Positions 52,586 to 62,321 of a DNA stretch of 64,000 bases are shown here, in pieces. Every line of letters begins with the position of its first letter. Positions within the stretch are counted from its first letter, which is position 1. The notes under the pieces are model-generated. The model ran no database searches. It had not been told where the DNA came from and saw only the letters and a list, made by a program, of their open reading frames with translations. The position numbers were made by a program, and so were the translations under genes. The stretch covers positions 32,001-96,000 of the forward strand of contig JBFWWG010000002.1 in assembly GCA_050246315.1 (NCBI GenBank), written 5' to 3'. The DNA is from Nitrospiraceae bacterium. Lineage in GTDB: Bacteria; Nitrospirota; Nitrospiria; Nitrospirales; Nitrospiraceae.

Positions 52586-53218
52586 ATGAGCCGATATGGA
52601 CATGTTCCTTCGGCGATACTCTCGCTTCCGAAGAGAGATGGGGAAGCCGTGCGTGAAGGAGGGTTCACCCTCTTTGAAATCATGCTGGTACTCGGCTTTC
52701 TTGGACTACTCCTCACGATTGTGATCCCGCGCATTGGTTTGCTGCAGGATGCCAGGACGGCTAGCCGCACGCTAATCGGACTGATTTATGCGTTGAAGGG
52801 CCACGCCGTTTCCTCGCAGCAAGTGTGGCGACTCCATCTGGATTTGGATCAGGGGCAGTACTGGGTCACGGCGATATTCGACGATGGAGAACGCATTCCA
52901 CTCGATCCGAGATACGAGAAGCGATTCGAACTGCCTGTCGGCGTCAAGTTCGAACGGGCGGTGACGGTGTTTCAAGGGAGGCGGGAAACCGGTATGGTCT
53001 ACCTTCAGATCTTTCCGAACGGATACCCGGAAGCGGCCATTATCTCCCTGCGTGATCAGGACGCCAATCGGAATCTGGTTGCGCTCCATGTCAACAATCT
53101 GACCGGCCAAATTCGCGTCAGCGATGTCGACGTGGATCTCGCCCCGCTCCCTCCTCTCCCCGAATACGTCCGTCCCCTGCTGTTCCCTGAGATCTACGGA
53201 GGCAACCTCAGCGTCTAG
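52586..53218 (+). CDS. gspH: Minor pseudopilin H
   Basis: GFTLFEIMLVL prepilin motif; position after gspG. Confidence 0.8.
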   Translation: MSRYGHVPSAILSLPKRDGEAVREGGFTLFEIMLVLGFLGLLLTIVIPRIGLLQDARTASRTLIGLIYALKGHAVSSQQVWRLHLDLDQGQYWVTAIFDDGERIPLDPRYEKRFELPVGVKFERAVTVFQGRRETGMVYLQIFPNGYPEAAIISLRDQDANRNLVALHVNNLTGQIRVSDVDVDLAPLPPLPEYVRPLLFPEIYGGNLSV

Positions 53219-53220
53219 CC

Positions 53221-53679
53221 ATGCACCACTTTGGCCCTCAGTCTAGCATCTTGTTTCGAAAATGGGACGATGCTCGCGGGTTCACCCTGATGGAAGTCAT
53301 GCTGGCCATGACGCTCTTGGCGATTGTCCTGCCGGTCTTGCTGGGCCTGCGCAATCGCGACCTGGACCTTCGGGAACGGGCGAGGGAAATCACCACCGCG
53401 ACCTTTTTGGCTCAGGAGAAACTATTGGAGACCGAGTTGCTGCCGGTTCTGCCGACAGGTGAACAGAGTGGAGATTTCAAGGACGCAGCGCCGGGGCTTT
53501 CCTTTCGCGGGACTAGCGAAGATCGGGCTCCTGGCTATCGCTGGAAACGCTCGATCATGCCCACGCCGTTGGAAAAGATCCAGGAGGTGCGTATCGAAGT
53601 GCTCTGGAATCATGGATTGAACGAAGAGTCCGTTGAGTTGAGTCACTATGTCTTTCAGACGAGCGGCGGATCGACCTAA
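53221..53679 (+). CDS. gspI: Minor pseudopilin I
   Basis: GFTLMEVMLAM; A..LAQEKL; YRWKR; gene order. Confidence 0.8.
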   Translation: MHHFGPQSSILFRKWDDARGFTLMEVMLAMTLLAIVLPVLLGLRNRDLDLRERAREITTATFLAQEKLLETELLPVLPTGEQSGDFKDAAPGLSFRGTSEDRAPGYRWKRSIMPTPLEKIQEVRIEVLWNHGLNEESVELSHYVFQTSGGST

Positions 53680-54277
53680 GCACGACGAACACGGGTTCAC
53701 CCTGATTGAGGTGATCCTGGGCGTGGCTATCCTCGCGGTGGCAGCCGTCTTCATCCTCGGATCGTTGACGGCGACAACCGACGTGATCGAACGTGTCCGG
53801 GAGGATAGCGCGCAGGAGCAAATGGTTCGGAGTTGTCTGTCCCTGCTGACCCAGGATCTGATGTTGAGCCGCAACGCTATCACCCAGCCGTGGATTGGAC
53901 AAAACCTCATTGGCGAAGGCGGATACCCGGCGGATACCTTGGCCTTCGTGACCGGCAATCACCAGAGCCAACAGCGGGATCGGCCCGAGGCCGATGCGGC
54001 GCGAGTGGTCTATGCAAAGGTCGGCCGCAAGCTGGTTCGATTCGTTCGACCCAACATTTATACCCTGAGTGAAGAAGGAGTCAGGCAAACGGATGTGGCC
54101 GATCATGTGGCCGGGTTCAATATCCGATATTATGACAGACAGTCGCGTGTCTGGATTGAACAGTGGGACGGGCGGTCGCGCAAGACCTTGCCGCAGGGAT
54201 TTATGATTGAACTCACCTTACAACGCGAAGACGAGCCTCCGAGAACTTTTACGTCATGGCTAACGCTGCCGAGTTAG
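53648..54277 (+). CDS. gspJ: Minor pseudopilin J
   Basis: GFTLIEVILG; LTQDL; W...W...LP C-terminal pattern; gene order. Confidence 0.82.
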   Translation: MSFRRAADRPKHDEHGFTLIEVILGVAILAVAAVFILGSLTATTDVIERVREDSAQEQMVRSCLSLLTQDLMLSRNAITQPWIGQNLIGEGGYPADTLAFVTGNHQSQQRDRPEADAARVVYAKVGRKLVRFVRPNIYTLSEEGVRQTDVADHVAGFNIRYYDRQSRVWIEQWDGRSRKTLPQGFMIELTLQREDEPPRTFTSWLTLPS

Positions 54278-55167
54278 CGCTGGGACGAGATTCCGTCTGG
54301 TCCTCCTCGATCCGAACCATCCTGCTATGGTGCGCGGTGGGGCTGACGCTGCTGGCCCTGTTTTTCCTTCTGACGTTTCCATTCGAGGCCGTTCAGGCCC
54401 GTGTACTGGCGCAGGTCGAGCGCGGTACTGGGGCCAAGGTACAGGTCGAGCAGTGGAACGTGGGGTGGCCGCTTAGTCTGGTGTGGAAGGGTGTACAGAT
54501 TTCCGGACCAGACAAACAGGCCTTCCGGCTGGCCCGCATTGAGGCCGGTCTGTCGCTGGGCGATGCATGGCATGGTACCCCCGTCGTCGAGCTGTCTTTC
54601 TGGTTGGAGGACAAGGGGGAACCGGCCGCGTTGCAGACCCGAACGGTCTTTTCGGGATGGAATTTCCAGAGTGTCACGAGCGTCGAGGGAACCGCAGAAC
54701 GGATGGAGTTGGCCAAAGCGATCGGCCCTCCCGTACGAGGCGGTCGCCTGAAGGGGCGGTTCCATTTCTCCGGAGGCCGATCCGCAGCAACGGGGATGGT
54801 TGCCATTGGAGATGCTGAGCTGACCATCGACGCGACGGATGTCGCTGTGGAACCGATCACTGCTCAAGGAGGGCGGATGCCTGAGTGGGGTCTTGCGGTC
54901 GTTCACGGCAAGGCAACGTGCGCGGCCGGTATTTGCCGAATCGTTGAGCTGCGGGGAAATGGTCCGGACGGGTCGGTTGTCGCGAGCGGACAGATGACCC
55001 TTGCTCAATCATTGAATGAGACTCGTGTCGATCTGACGCTAACGATCACCTGTAGTCCGTCGCTGTCTCAACGAATGGCCGCAGTCGGAGGATTCCCTCT
55101 TCCTCCCGGTACGCCTGTCACCGTCCGGCTGGTCGGGCCGATTGTGCGCCCGCAACTCTCGCTCTGA
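54256..55167 (+). CDS. gspN: Type II secretion protein N-like
   Basis: N-terminal TM ending FLLTFP followed by a beta-rich periplasmic region; within the gsp operon. Confidence 0.65.
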   Translation: MANAAELALGRDSVWSSSIRTILLWCAVGLTLLALFFLLTFPFEAVQARVLAQVERGTGAKVQVEQWNVGWPLSLVWKGVQISGPDKQAFRLARIEAGLSLGDAWHGTPVVELSFWLEDKGEPAALQTRTVFSGWNFQSVTSVEGTAERMELAKAIGPPVRGGRLKGRFHFSGGRSAATGMVAIGDAELTIDATDVAVEPITAQGGRMPEWGLAVVHGKATCAAGICRIVELRGNGPDGSVVASGQMTLAQSLNETRVDLTLTITCSPSLSQRMAAVGGFPLPPGTPVTVRLVGPIVRPQLSL

Positions 55168-55176
55168 GCGGGCAAC

Positions 55177-55511
55177 TCACCCGCATGATTCACGATGACT
55201 TCTACTGCAACCGCCATGCGACCCGTTGCCGTCCAGGAGCACCGGATACGCCGGGGGGGCGAGCCAGGACAGTCGAAGGTGATTCTCCGGCGGCGACAAT
55301 GAAGAGGGGCTTCGCCCGACGAGCCGCCGGTTCACACGAAGTGTGGTATAGCGGGCAGGCTCGCCCCTCGCGGGGTCAACATACCGTTTCAAGTATGCTT
55401 CGCCGCCTCGGGGCTCCGTGCGGGGGTAGCCATTGCTCTTTTCCATGCAATGGGTCCGACGCTTGGCGTCTTGGCGGTTTCGTCACGAATTCTCGTGAAT
55501 AATGCGGGCTA
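55177..55511. mobile_element. MITE-like element 2, inserted between gspN and gspL
   Basis: Left end tcacccgcatgattcacga; right end tcgtgaataatgcgggcta (55493-55511) is the exact reverse complement of 48422-48440; carries one structured-repeat unit. Confidence 0.7.
55285..55351 (+). repeat. Dispersed copy of the structured ~65-nt repeat
   Basis: ctccggcggc...gggcttcgccc..gagccgccggttc-acac-gaa-gtgt-ggtatag; same architecture as 26597-26664. Confidence 0.85.
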
Positions 55512-55531
55512 AGGAAAGGATTGTGTGACCT

Positions 55532-57097
55532 GTGAGTGAAAGCGTCGGACTTGATATCGGAACCTCGGCCATTAAGGCCGTACGCTTCCGGCGATCATTG
55601 GCGGGACAGGACGAGGTGGAGTACTTTTATCAGCCCCTGCCGTTCCTCCGGGCTGCCGAAGGAGACGCGGCCGAGCGGGCCAAGGTGATCCGCCGTTTCC
55701 TTGAGCGGCATCAACTGCACCGTGCGCCCATTGTGACGGCGCTTCCCTGCCGAACCCTGTCGTTGCGCCGGTTGGCCCTCCCCTTCACCGATCCAGAAAA
55801 GATGGCCCAGGTCGTGCCGTTCGAGATGGAGAATCTCATTCCTCTGTCCATCGAGGAGGTGGCGGTCGAAGGCCTGATGCTGACGCCCAAAGACGTCACC
55901 CCTGGAACCAGACCGCAGAGCGATGTCTTGGTAGCGGCCGCTCCCAAGAAAACGCTGACCGAGCATTTGGAATTTCTCAGCGCCGCTCGTGTGCATCCGG
56001 CCGCTGTCAACGTGGATGCTCTCGCGCTGTATTCGGTCGTCCAGTTGCTTCGCTCCGAGGGCGGCGCAGTACCGGAGAACCTGGCCGTCCTTGACGTGGG
56101 CGCCACGAAGACAACGATTTGCCTGATTCATCGAGACCGTCCCTGGCTTCTCCGCACGCTATCATGGGGAGGCAACCACCTGACCGAGGCCTTGGCGCAA
56201 CGCTACCAATGGTCGTTTGAGGAAGCGGAACGGCGGAAGCGGATGGCCACTGTTCAGCTCGGCGAAGAATGGATTGAACCGCTGCTCCGAGAAGCGAGGT
56301 TGGCTCTGCATGCGTTCGAATCTTCCACTCAAACCACCATTCAGCATCTGTGGGTGTCCGGCGGGGGCGCCAAATTGCGCCACTTTCCCGAGTACCTGGG
56401 GCAGAAGCTCGACCTGGACGTGGTCGGTCCCCGTGAAGGGTTTGGCCAGACGAGCCCCCGAGCCTTTTCCGTCGCCTTGGGCCTGGCGTTGCATCCCAAG
56501 GTGTTGGGCCGTCGCTGGCGAGCCAAATCCAAGGGCGTGGCGCTCGGCTACGACCTCAAGCGGCAATTGCAGGAAGGACAGAGGGTCCGCAGCCAGGAGA
56601 TCAAACAAGATACGATCTGGGCAACGATCGGATTGGCCTGCCTGATCGCCTTAGGGATCGGTGACGCCTGGACACATGTGTCTCTGAAACGTGACCAAGT
56701 CCGCCAGGACCGGGCGGCACTACAGGCCTTCTACCAGAGATCGATCGGCGGCGACGCACTTCCCGGAGAAGAAGTGGAACAGGCGCGCAACCAGATGACG
56801 TCGATGTCCAAACGGATTGAGCTCTTGGAGTCCCAGCGGACCTCGGTCATCCCCACACTGGCCACGCTGGTACGCCGGTTGCCCCCGACCGGGGCCGTGA
56901 GAGTGCGGGGGCTCTTAATGGAAGGAGTCGGAGTGCAGCTCGAAGCGGAAACGGATTCCTTCGACTCCGTCGAACGTATCAAGAAGTCCCTGCAGCAGGA
57001 TGCCGGTTTTCAGGAGGTCACGGTGAGCGATGCGCGGGTCGGGGCTGCACCGAACCAGGTAATCTTCAGGCTCACCTTCACGGCGGAGGCGCGCTAA
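55532..57097 (+). CDS. gspL: Type II secretion protein L (PilM-like actin fold fused to PilN-like domain)
   Basis: VGLDIGTSAIK, LDVGATKT, WGGNHLT, SGGGAK; TM and periplasmic C-domain. Confidence 0.8.
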   Translation: MSESVGLDIGTSAIKAVRFRRSLAGQDEVEYFYQPLPFLRAAEGDAAERAKVIRRFLERHQLHRAPIVTALPCRTLSLRRLALPFTDPEKMAQVVPFEMENLIPLSIEEVAVEGLMLTPKDVTPGTRPQSDVLVAAAPKKTLTEHLEFLSAARVHPAAVNVDALALYSVVQLLRSEGGAVPENLAVLDVGATKTTICLIHRDRPWLLRTLSWGGNHLTEALAQRYQWSFEEAERRKRMATVQLGEEWIEPLLREARLALHAFESSTQTTIQHLWVSGGGAKLRHFPEYLGQKLDLDVVGPREGFGQTSPRAFSVALGLALHPKVLGRRWRAKSKGVALGYDLKRQLQEGQRVRSQEIKQDTIWATIGLACLIALGIGDAWTHVSLKRDQVRQDRAALQAFYQRSIGGDALPGEEVEQARNQMTSMSKRIELLESQRTSVIPTLATLVRRLPPTGAVRVRGLLMEGVGVQLEAETDSFDSVERIKKSLQQDAGFQEVTVSDARVGAAPNQVIFRLTFTAEAR

Positions 57098-57645
57098 TGG
57101 ACGCTCTGCGCCAACGGTGGGGTCAACTTTCGACGCGTGAACGGTGGCTGGTCGGTGCCGGCATGGGCGTGCTGGCGTTGGGGTTGTTGTTCGCCTTGGT
57201 ATTGGACCCGCTTCTGGACGAGGCCGCCGCACTCGATCGTCAACATAACAAGAAGCGACGCCACTACGAAGAACTCGTAGGGATCGCAGAGCAACATCGG
57301 GAGTTGCGCGAACGATTAGCCTCGATCGAGCAACGGCTGGCGCAAAGCAGCGGATCGTTTTCGCTGCTCGCCTTTCTGGAAGAGACAGCCGTGACCACTG
57401 GCATTCGCGACCTGATCGTCGGCATGCAACCTCAGCCGGCGGTCGAGGTGGCCGGGTATCAGGAAAATGCCGTGGAGATGCGGCTCGACGGCCTACAACT
57501 GCCGCAGCTCCTGGCCCTGGTCGGTGCGATCGACGGGGCGCCGGCCCTGGTGGAAGTCAAGCGCCTCCAGGTCGTTCCTCGGTACGACAGTCCCCACCTC
57601 CTTCAAGTGACGATCAGGATCTCCTCCTATGAAAAGGTCGGATGA
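57097..57645 (+). CDS. gspM: Type II secretion protein M
   Basis: WGQLSTRERWLV N-terminal motif, TM, coiled coil. Confidence 0.85.
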   Translation: MDALRQRWGQLSTRERWLVGAGMGVLALGLLFALVLDPLLDEAAALDRQHNKKRRHYEELVGIAEQHRELRERLASIEQRLAQSSGSFSLLAFLEETAVTTGIRDLIVGMQPQPAVEVAGYQENAVEMRLDGLQLPQLLALVGAIDGAPALVEVKRLQVVPRYDSPHLLQVTIRISSYEKVG

Positions 57646-58576
57646 GCGGGGCATTGCGCTGCTCCTTGCGTTACTCGTGCTCACGCTGCTGGTTGCGATT
57701 ATTCTCGATTTTGATGCGGAAGCGCGACGAGAGTTTCGCGATGCGACCGTGTTCCGAGACGGCCTGAAGGCCACCACGATCGCGCGGGCGGGCATCCAAG
57801 CGGCGCGGGCCGTATTGCGACAGGATAGCCTCCTGGAAGCGAGAACCAAGCTCCATTACGACGGGCGGGGCGACCTCTGGATGATGCCGTTGACGAATTT
57901 TCCGCTCGGGGACGGCATTATCAATGCGGTGATCGAAGACGAGCGCGGGAAGTTGAATCTCAACCTTCTCGGTGGCATCAATGATCCTCTTGCCAAGCGA
58001 TCCGCCGTGCTCCGCTTCAAACGGTTGTTCGGGTTGGTTCAAGTCGATCCCCGCATGGTAGACGCCATTGTTGATTGGATCGATGCAGACGAAGTGCCTG
58101 AGGCCGATGGCGCGGAATCCTCCTACTATCAGACCTTGCGCCCGCCTTATCGAGCCGCTAATGAACCGCTGCAAAGTCTCGAAGAACTGCGTTTGGTTAG
58201 AGGCGTCACGCAGGACATGATCGACAAGTTGGCCCCGTACGTGACGGTATTTCCCTCGCAAACAGACGGTCGTATCAATCTGAACACCGCCCATCTGCTG
58301 GTCTTGCAGGCGCTGGATCTCCGCATCAGCGCCGCCATCGCCGGCGAGATCATCCAGGGGCGTCCCTACAAGACGATGCAGGACCTCGATCGCGTCTCCG
58401 GTTTTGAGCCCATCGCTAAGGAACTGCGATTGACACAAGCCTACGATATCAAGAGTCAGTTCTTCTCCATCCGTGGAACGGTGCGGGTCAATGAGGCTGT
58501 GAAATCCGTCCTGGGGGTCGTGAAACGGGATGAAGCCAAGGGGGACACCACGCTCCTCTTTGTGCAGATCCGGTAG
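57629..58576 (+). CDS. gspK: Minor pseudopilin K
   Basis: RGIALLLAL; DERGKLNLN, DWIDAD, GAES.YY, EELRLVRG, INLNTA. Confidence 0.92.
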   Translation: MKRSDERGIALLLALLVLTLLVAIILDFDAEARREFRDATVFRDGLKATTIARAGIQAARAVLRQDSLLEARTKLHYDGRGDLWMMPLTNFPLGDGIINAVIEDERGKLNLNLLGGINDPLAKRSAVLRFKRLFGLVQVDPRMVDAIVDWIDADEVPEADGAESSYYQTLRPPYRAANEPLQSLEELRLVRGVTQDMIDKLAPYVTVFPSQTDGRINLNTAHLLVLQALDLRISAAIAGEIIQGRPYKTMQDLDRVSGFEPIAKELRLTQAYDIKSQFFSIRGTVRVNEAVKSVLGVVKRDEAKGDTTLLFVQIR

Positions 58577-58846
58577 AATGTGAACCTGGATATTCACCGG
58601 TGAAAACAGCTACATCTCTTCCTCTCGCTGGTGGGTTTCGGGACAGATCGACCGTTGGAAGAGCGCAGGATCTCTCGTCTTTCTTCCTCACCCATCGAGC
58701 GATTCAATAGCCAGGAACAGAGTTTTCCTCTGTCGCAAGATCGGGACGATCGCCGGTCTTCTCCCGCAAAAGATGTGCTGAGAGCCCCTTGCGACCTGAA
58801 AGAATAGTCTGGTAGGGTTGCTTCTACGGTCGCGCAAGGAGACTCC

Positions 58847-59104
58847 ATGAACCCGGCAGACACCCTCATGCTCGATGCGAAACAGGCCATCCTCGATGAG
58901 GCTCACCGCCGGTTCCAGGTGCTTCAAGAAGAAGGCCGGAGCGAAGAAGCCATGCAACAGTTTCAAGTGACACTCAGTTGTGCTTCTGATCTCCTGAACG
59001 AATCCCTGCAGATCCTGGAACGGGTCCTGGCCGAGCAGCAGCATGTCGATCAGCCGCCGTCCGATTCGCCTCGCAATGAACCCCGACCTCAATCCCTGTC
59101 GTAG
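58847..59104 (+). CDS. Small hypothetical helical protein
   Basis: 85-aa ORF with AGGAG RBS; no family recognised. Confidence 0.65.
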   Translation: MNPADTLMLDAKQAILDEAHRRFQVLQEEGRSEEAMQQFQVTLSCASDLLNESLQILERVLAEQQHVDQPPSDSPRNEPRPQSLS

Positions 59105-59301
59105 TTTCTCGAGTCTTGCGCAGAAACACTTGTCGAGAATCCGGCTCTGCCGTAAGCCGTTGCAATTGTCATTGAAAGGTCAGCGCCCCGGCATTGCAGG
59201 GGCGTATCACCGCGGACAATCAGCACCCGGATTGCCTTGACAGCTTGGAGAGCGGCTGATATAGGAACACGCAAACGGCAGCTATGGCTGAAAGGTCAGG
59301 C

Positions 59302-59377
59302 GCTGGCGTAGCTCAATCGGCAGAGCAGCGGTTTTGTAAACCGCCGGTTGGAGGTTCGATTCCTCTCGCCAGCTCCA
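59302..59377 (+). tRNA. tRNA-Thr (anticodon TGT)
   Basis: Acceptor stem gctggcg/cgccagc, D-arm agctcaatcggcagagc, anticodon arm gcggt-tttgtaa-accgc, GGTTCGATTCC T-loop, encoded CCA. Confidence 0.97.
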
Positions 59378-59437
59378 TACCACACTCCGTGTGAGCCGCC
59401 GGCTCTTCAACGCCTTACCGTAATCGACGCCGGCGGA
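59374..59437 (-). repeat. Inverted copy of the structured repeat overlapping the tRNA 3' end
   Basis: Minus strand reads tccgccggc...gagccggcggctc-acac-gga-gtgt-ggtatgga; a degenerate second copy lies at ~59543-59585. Confidence 0.75.
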
Positions 59438-60084
59438 TAAATCCCTCCGGTAGATGCGACTTCGATTGCCTGACCCGACCCGGAGCCTTTACGATTGTTC
59501 CAGGCGACGGGATAAACACCTCAAGCGAACCCTTACTGCAATCCACACTTCGTGTGAGCCACCTCTTCGTTGCGATGATGGCGCCTATCCAGCGGACAAT
59601 GAATATGGCTTGATAAAAGTATGAATAATACCTTTGGCCAACATCGTTGAAGAGGCGCACAAATCCCTATTCAAGAAGGAGTACCTTTACTACCACCCTG
59701 CTACCGGAAGCGGCCAAACGACGCCGATCCATCGTGACGATGGCTTCTCAAAATCCTCGATGTGTTGAGACGACAAATCTTGCTGGATCAGGTCAGGTGG
59801 GTATCTTCTGGACCTATCAACCGCTGTTCGCTAACTCTATAACCTCAGATCGCGGGCCTGTGGTGATGGACGAAACCAAACACCTCATTCACATCGACAA
59901 TCGCGCCATCTCTCTCCGTATCGCACCTCTCTTGCGCGCGGCACGGCCGTCAAGCCGAATGGACGGTACCTAACAGGGCAGACGACGCCGCTGGCCTTGT
60001 TCCTAACGGAGGCCAAACTATTCAGGAATTGTCTGGAAGGGACTGTCGATCACACTGGGATCGTAACCGACCACGGTTGGTCGG

Positions 60085-61509
60085 TTACGACTGGATAATT
60101 TCTTCTCCGGCCTCGAACTCTTCCGCCACTTCTTCCACTTCGCCGTCGATCCGACCTTTGGTTGTGGACGGATGCAAGCCGTACTTTCTGAGCATCTTGT
60201 AAAAATCCGCCCGATACCGACCGGCGAATTGGGCGGCGCGGGAAATATTCCCGTTGGTGAGTTGCAACACACTTTTCAGATAGTTCCGCTCGAAGTCCTC
60301 TTTTGCTTCGGTCAATGGCTTGAGGGGGGCCTCCGTCACCGCCGTAATGGATGGCAAGAGGTCCGGTGTGATCAGATCCTGGCGAGACATGATCACGGCC
60401 TTTTCGATCGCATTTTCCAACTCGCGAACGTTTCCAGGCCAATGGTACATGCCGAGTTTCTGCATGGCGGAGGGGGTGAATCCGGTCACGTTCTTGTTGG
60501 TTCGGCCGATTGATTGCTTGAGAAAATGATGAGCCATCACGGGAATGTCATCCCTCCGTTCACGAAGCGGCGGAATGGTCAGGGGAACCACTTGTACGCG
60601 ATAATACAAGTCGCTGCGGAATGTGCCCGACTTCACGGCCTCGCCCAAGTCCCGATTGGTTGCTACGATGATGCGCACATCGACCTTGGTGGTATGGTCC
60701 GCGCCGACTTCCTTGACTTCCCTGTCTTGCACGGCGCGCAGGAGCTTGACCTGCATGGAGAGGGGCATCTCCCCGATCTCGTCGAGAAACAGGGTTCCGC
60801 CGTTGGCACTTTGAAAGAGTCCCTTCTTCGCCGCATGGGCGTTGGTGAACGCGCCTTTGACGTGTCCGAACAGCTCGCTCTCGAATAGGGTTTCCGGAAT
60901 CGCGGCACAGTTCAAGGCGATGAACGGCCCCTGGGCACGGCGGCTGTTGGCGTGAACCACTCGGGCCACGACTTCTTTTCCCGTTCCGGTTTCTCCCAGT
61001 AGACAAATCGTCGCATCAGTATCGGCCACCTGGGCGATTTGCTGGAAAAGCCGCTGCATCTGCGGGCTCCGTGCCACGACATTCTCCATTCCGTACAGTT
61101 CCTTGACCAGGAGTTTGAGCCGCTGAATCTCTCGACTCATCCGCGGTTGCGAGAGCGCCTTTTCAAGGTTGGCCTTCAACTCCTTGTCGTCAAACGGCTT
61201 GGTGAGATAGCCCGTGGCGCCCCGTTGCATGGCCTCCACCGCGTTCGGAATGCTGCCGTGTGCGGTGTGAATGATGACCGGCAGTCCCGGATGAATCCGG
61301 AGCAACTCTTCCGTCACCATCAGCCCGTCCTCACCTTTCAAGCGCAGGTCGGTGATGGCCAAGTCGAACTCGCCCTTTCTGGCTTCAGCAAAGGCTTCCT
61401 GGCCTGTCGTGCAGGTGGTGACGGCGAAGCCCATGGACGTCAACCGCATCTTCAAGAGATGCAGCAGCCCTTCGTCGTCGTCGATTACGAGAATCTTCTC
61501 TTTGTCCAT
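60085..61509 (-). CDS. Sigma-54-dependent response regulator, GlrR/QseF-like
   Basis: REC (VIDDD, TDLRL, HGSIPNAVEAM), GETGTGKE, ESELFGH.KGAFT, LFLDEIG, WPGNVREL, HTH with AGRYRADFYK. Confidence 0.92.
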   Translation of the reverse strand: MDKEKILVIDDDEGLLHLLKMRLTSMGFAVTTCTTGQEAFAEARKGEFDLAITDLRLKGEDGLMVTEELLRIHPGLPVIIHTAHGSIPNAVEAMQRGATGYLTKPFDDKELKANLEKALSQPRMSREIQRLKLLVKELYGMENVVARSPQMQRLFQQIAQVADTDATICLLGETGTGKEVVARVVHANSRRAQGPFIALNCAAIPETLFESELFGHVKGAFTNAHAAKKGLFQSANGGTLFLDEIGEMPLSMQVKLLRAVQDREVKEVGADHTTKVDVRIIVATNRDLGEAVKSGTFRSDLYYRVQVVPLTIPPLRERRDDIPVMAHHFLKQSIGRTNKNVTGFTPSAMQKLGMYHWPGNVRELENAIEKAVIMSRQDLITPDLLPSITAVTEAPLKPLTEAKEDFERNYLKSVLQLTNGNISRAAQFAGRYRADFYKMLRKYGLHPSTTKGRIDGEVEEVAEEFEAGEEIIQS

Positions 61510-61520
61510 GGCATACCTCG

Positions 61521-62321
61521 TTAGGGTTTGGGCTCACCTTCGAGCGGGAGCGGAGCGGGCGGTGCCGGAGGCCTCGCCGGTCTGGCCTTTTCTCTCATCT
61601 CCTGGTCGATCCGCTTGAGTGCCTCGAGTTGATTCGTCAGCTCCTCGATTTTTTTATCCCGCTGCTCAAGCTGGGACTGCAACACCTGCACCATGGCAGG
61701 ATCCGATCCAGGACGTGCCGACTCCTTCCTTCCGGCAAGCTCCTCGATCTTCTTCTGCCGTTCGGAGAGTTCCCGTTGCAGCGTCTCAACAGTGCTGAGA
61801 TCGGATTCTTTGGAAGAGGCGATCTGTTGGAGTTCTTCCTGTCTAACAAGCAATTCTCGGGCCAGGGACTCCACCGTTTGGGTTAGAAGTTCCCTTTCAC
61901 GAGCGATGGCCTGGGCGTTCCAATGGGCTGATACCCATGAATCTCCATTTTGCGCAGTGGGCCCAGTCCGCAATAGTTGTACCCAGGCCTGGCTGGCCTG
62001 CGACAGCTTTCCCTTTGGCGATATGCTGACAACCTTTTGAAAATGCGCGATTGCGCTATCACGATGCTCAAAGAGCGCTGTGAGACCTCTGTTAAAATAG
62101 GCCTGGTCGCAGGTGTTGGTCGTCTGGCACTTTGCAATGAGTCCATCCTGTCGTCGGACTAGCGATTGAAACCCCCGTTGATCAAATCCATCGAGCCTAA
62201 ACACGGGGGAGGAGCCTGGTTGAGGTGTATGGATTGTACTACAGGCAGCCATCAGAAAACACCATCCAACAATCTGCAGGCAATGGGACATGACCCGGCC
62301 GAGCCAACAGGTGGATCTCAT
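61521..62321 (-). CDS. Lipoprotein with TPR and coiled coil, QseG/YfhG-like
   Basis: MAAC lipobox; C-terminal QLEALKRIDQEM resembles the QseG end; lies between kinase and regulator. Confidence 0.7.
   Translation of the reverse strand: MRSTCWLGRVMSHCLQIVGWCFLMAACSTIHTPQPGSSPVFRLDGFDQRGFQSLVRRQDGLIAKCQTTNTCDQAYFNRGLTALFEHRDSAIAHFQKVVSISPKGKLSQASQAWVQLLRTGPTAQNGDSWVSAHWNAQAIARERELLTQTVESLARELLVRQEELQQIASSKESDLSTVETLQRELSERQKKIEELAGRKESARPGSDPAMVQVLQSQLEQRDKKIEELTNQLEALKRIDQEMREKARPARPPAPPAPLPLEGEPKP

Noticed and set aside
58731..58748. GlrR-type site TGTC-N10-GACG
   Set aside because: Single imperfect match with no sigma-54 promoter found downstream; could be chance.
59647..59973. 108-aa ORF or integrated element downstream of tRNA-Thr
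   Set aside because: No integrase, no duplicated tRNA 3' end of useful length, no recognisable protein motif or RBS.
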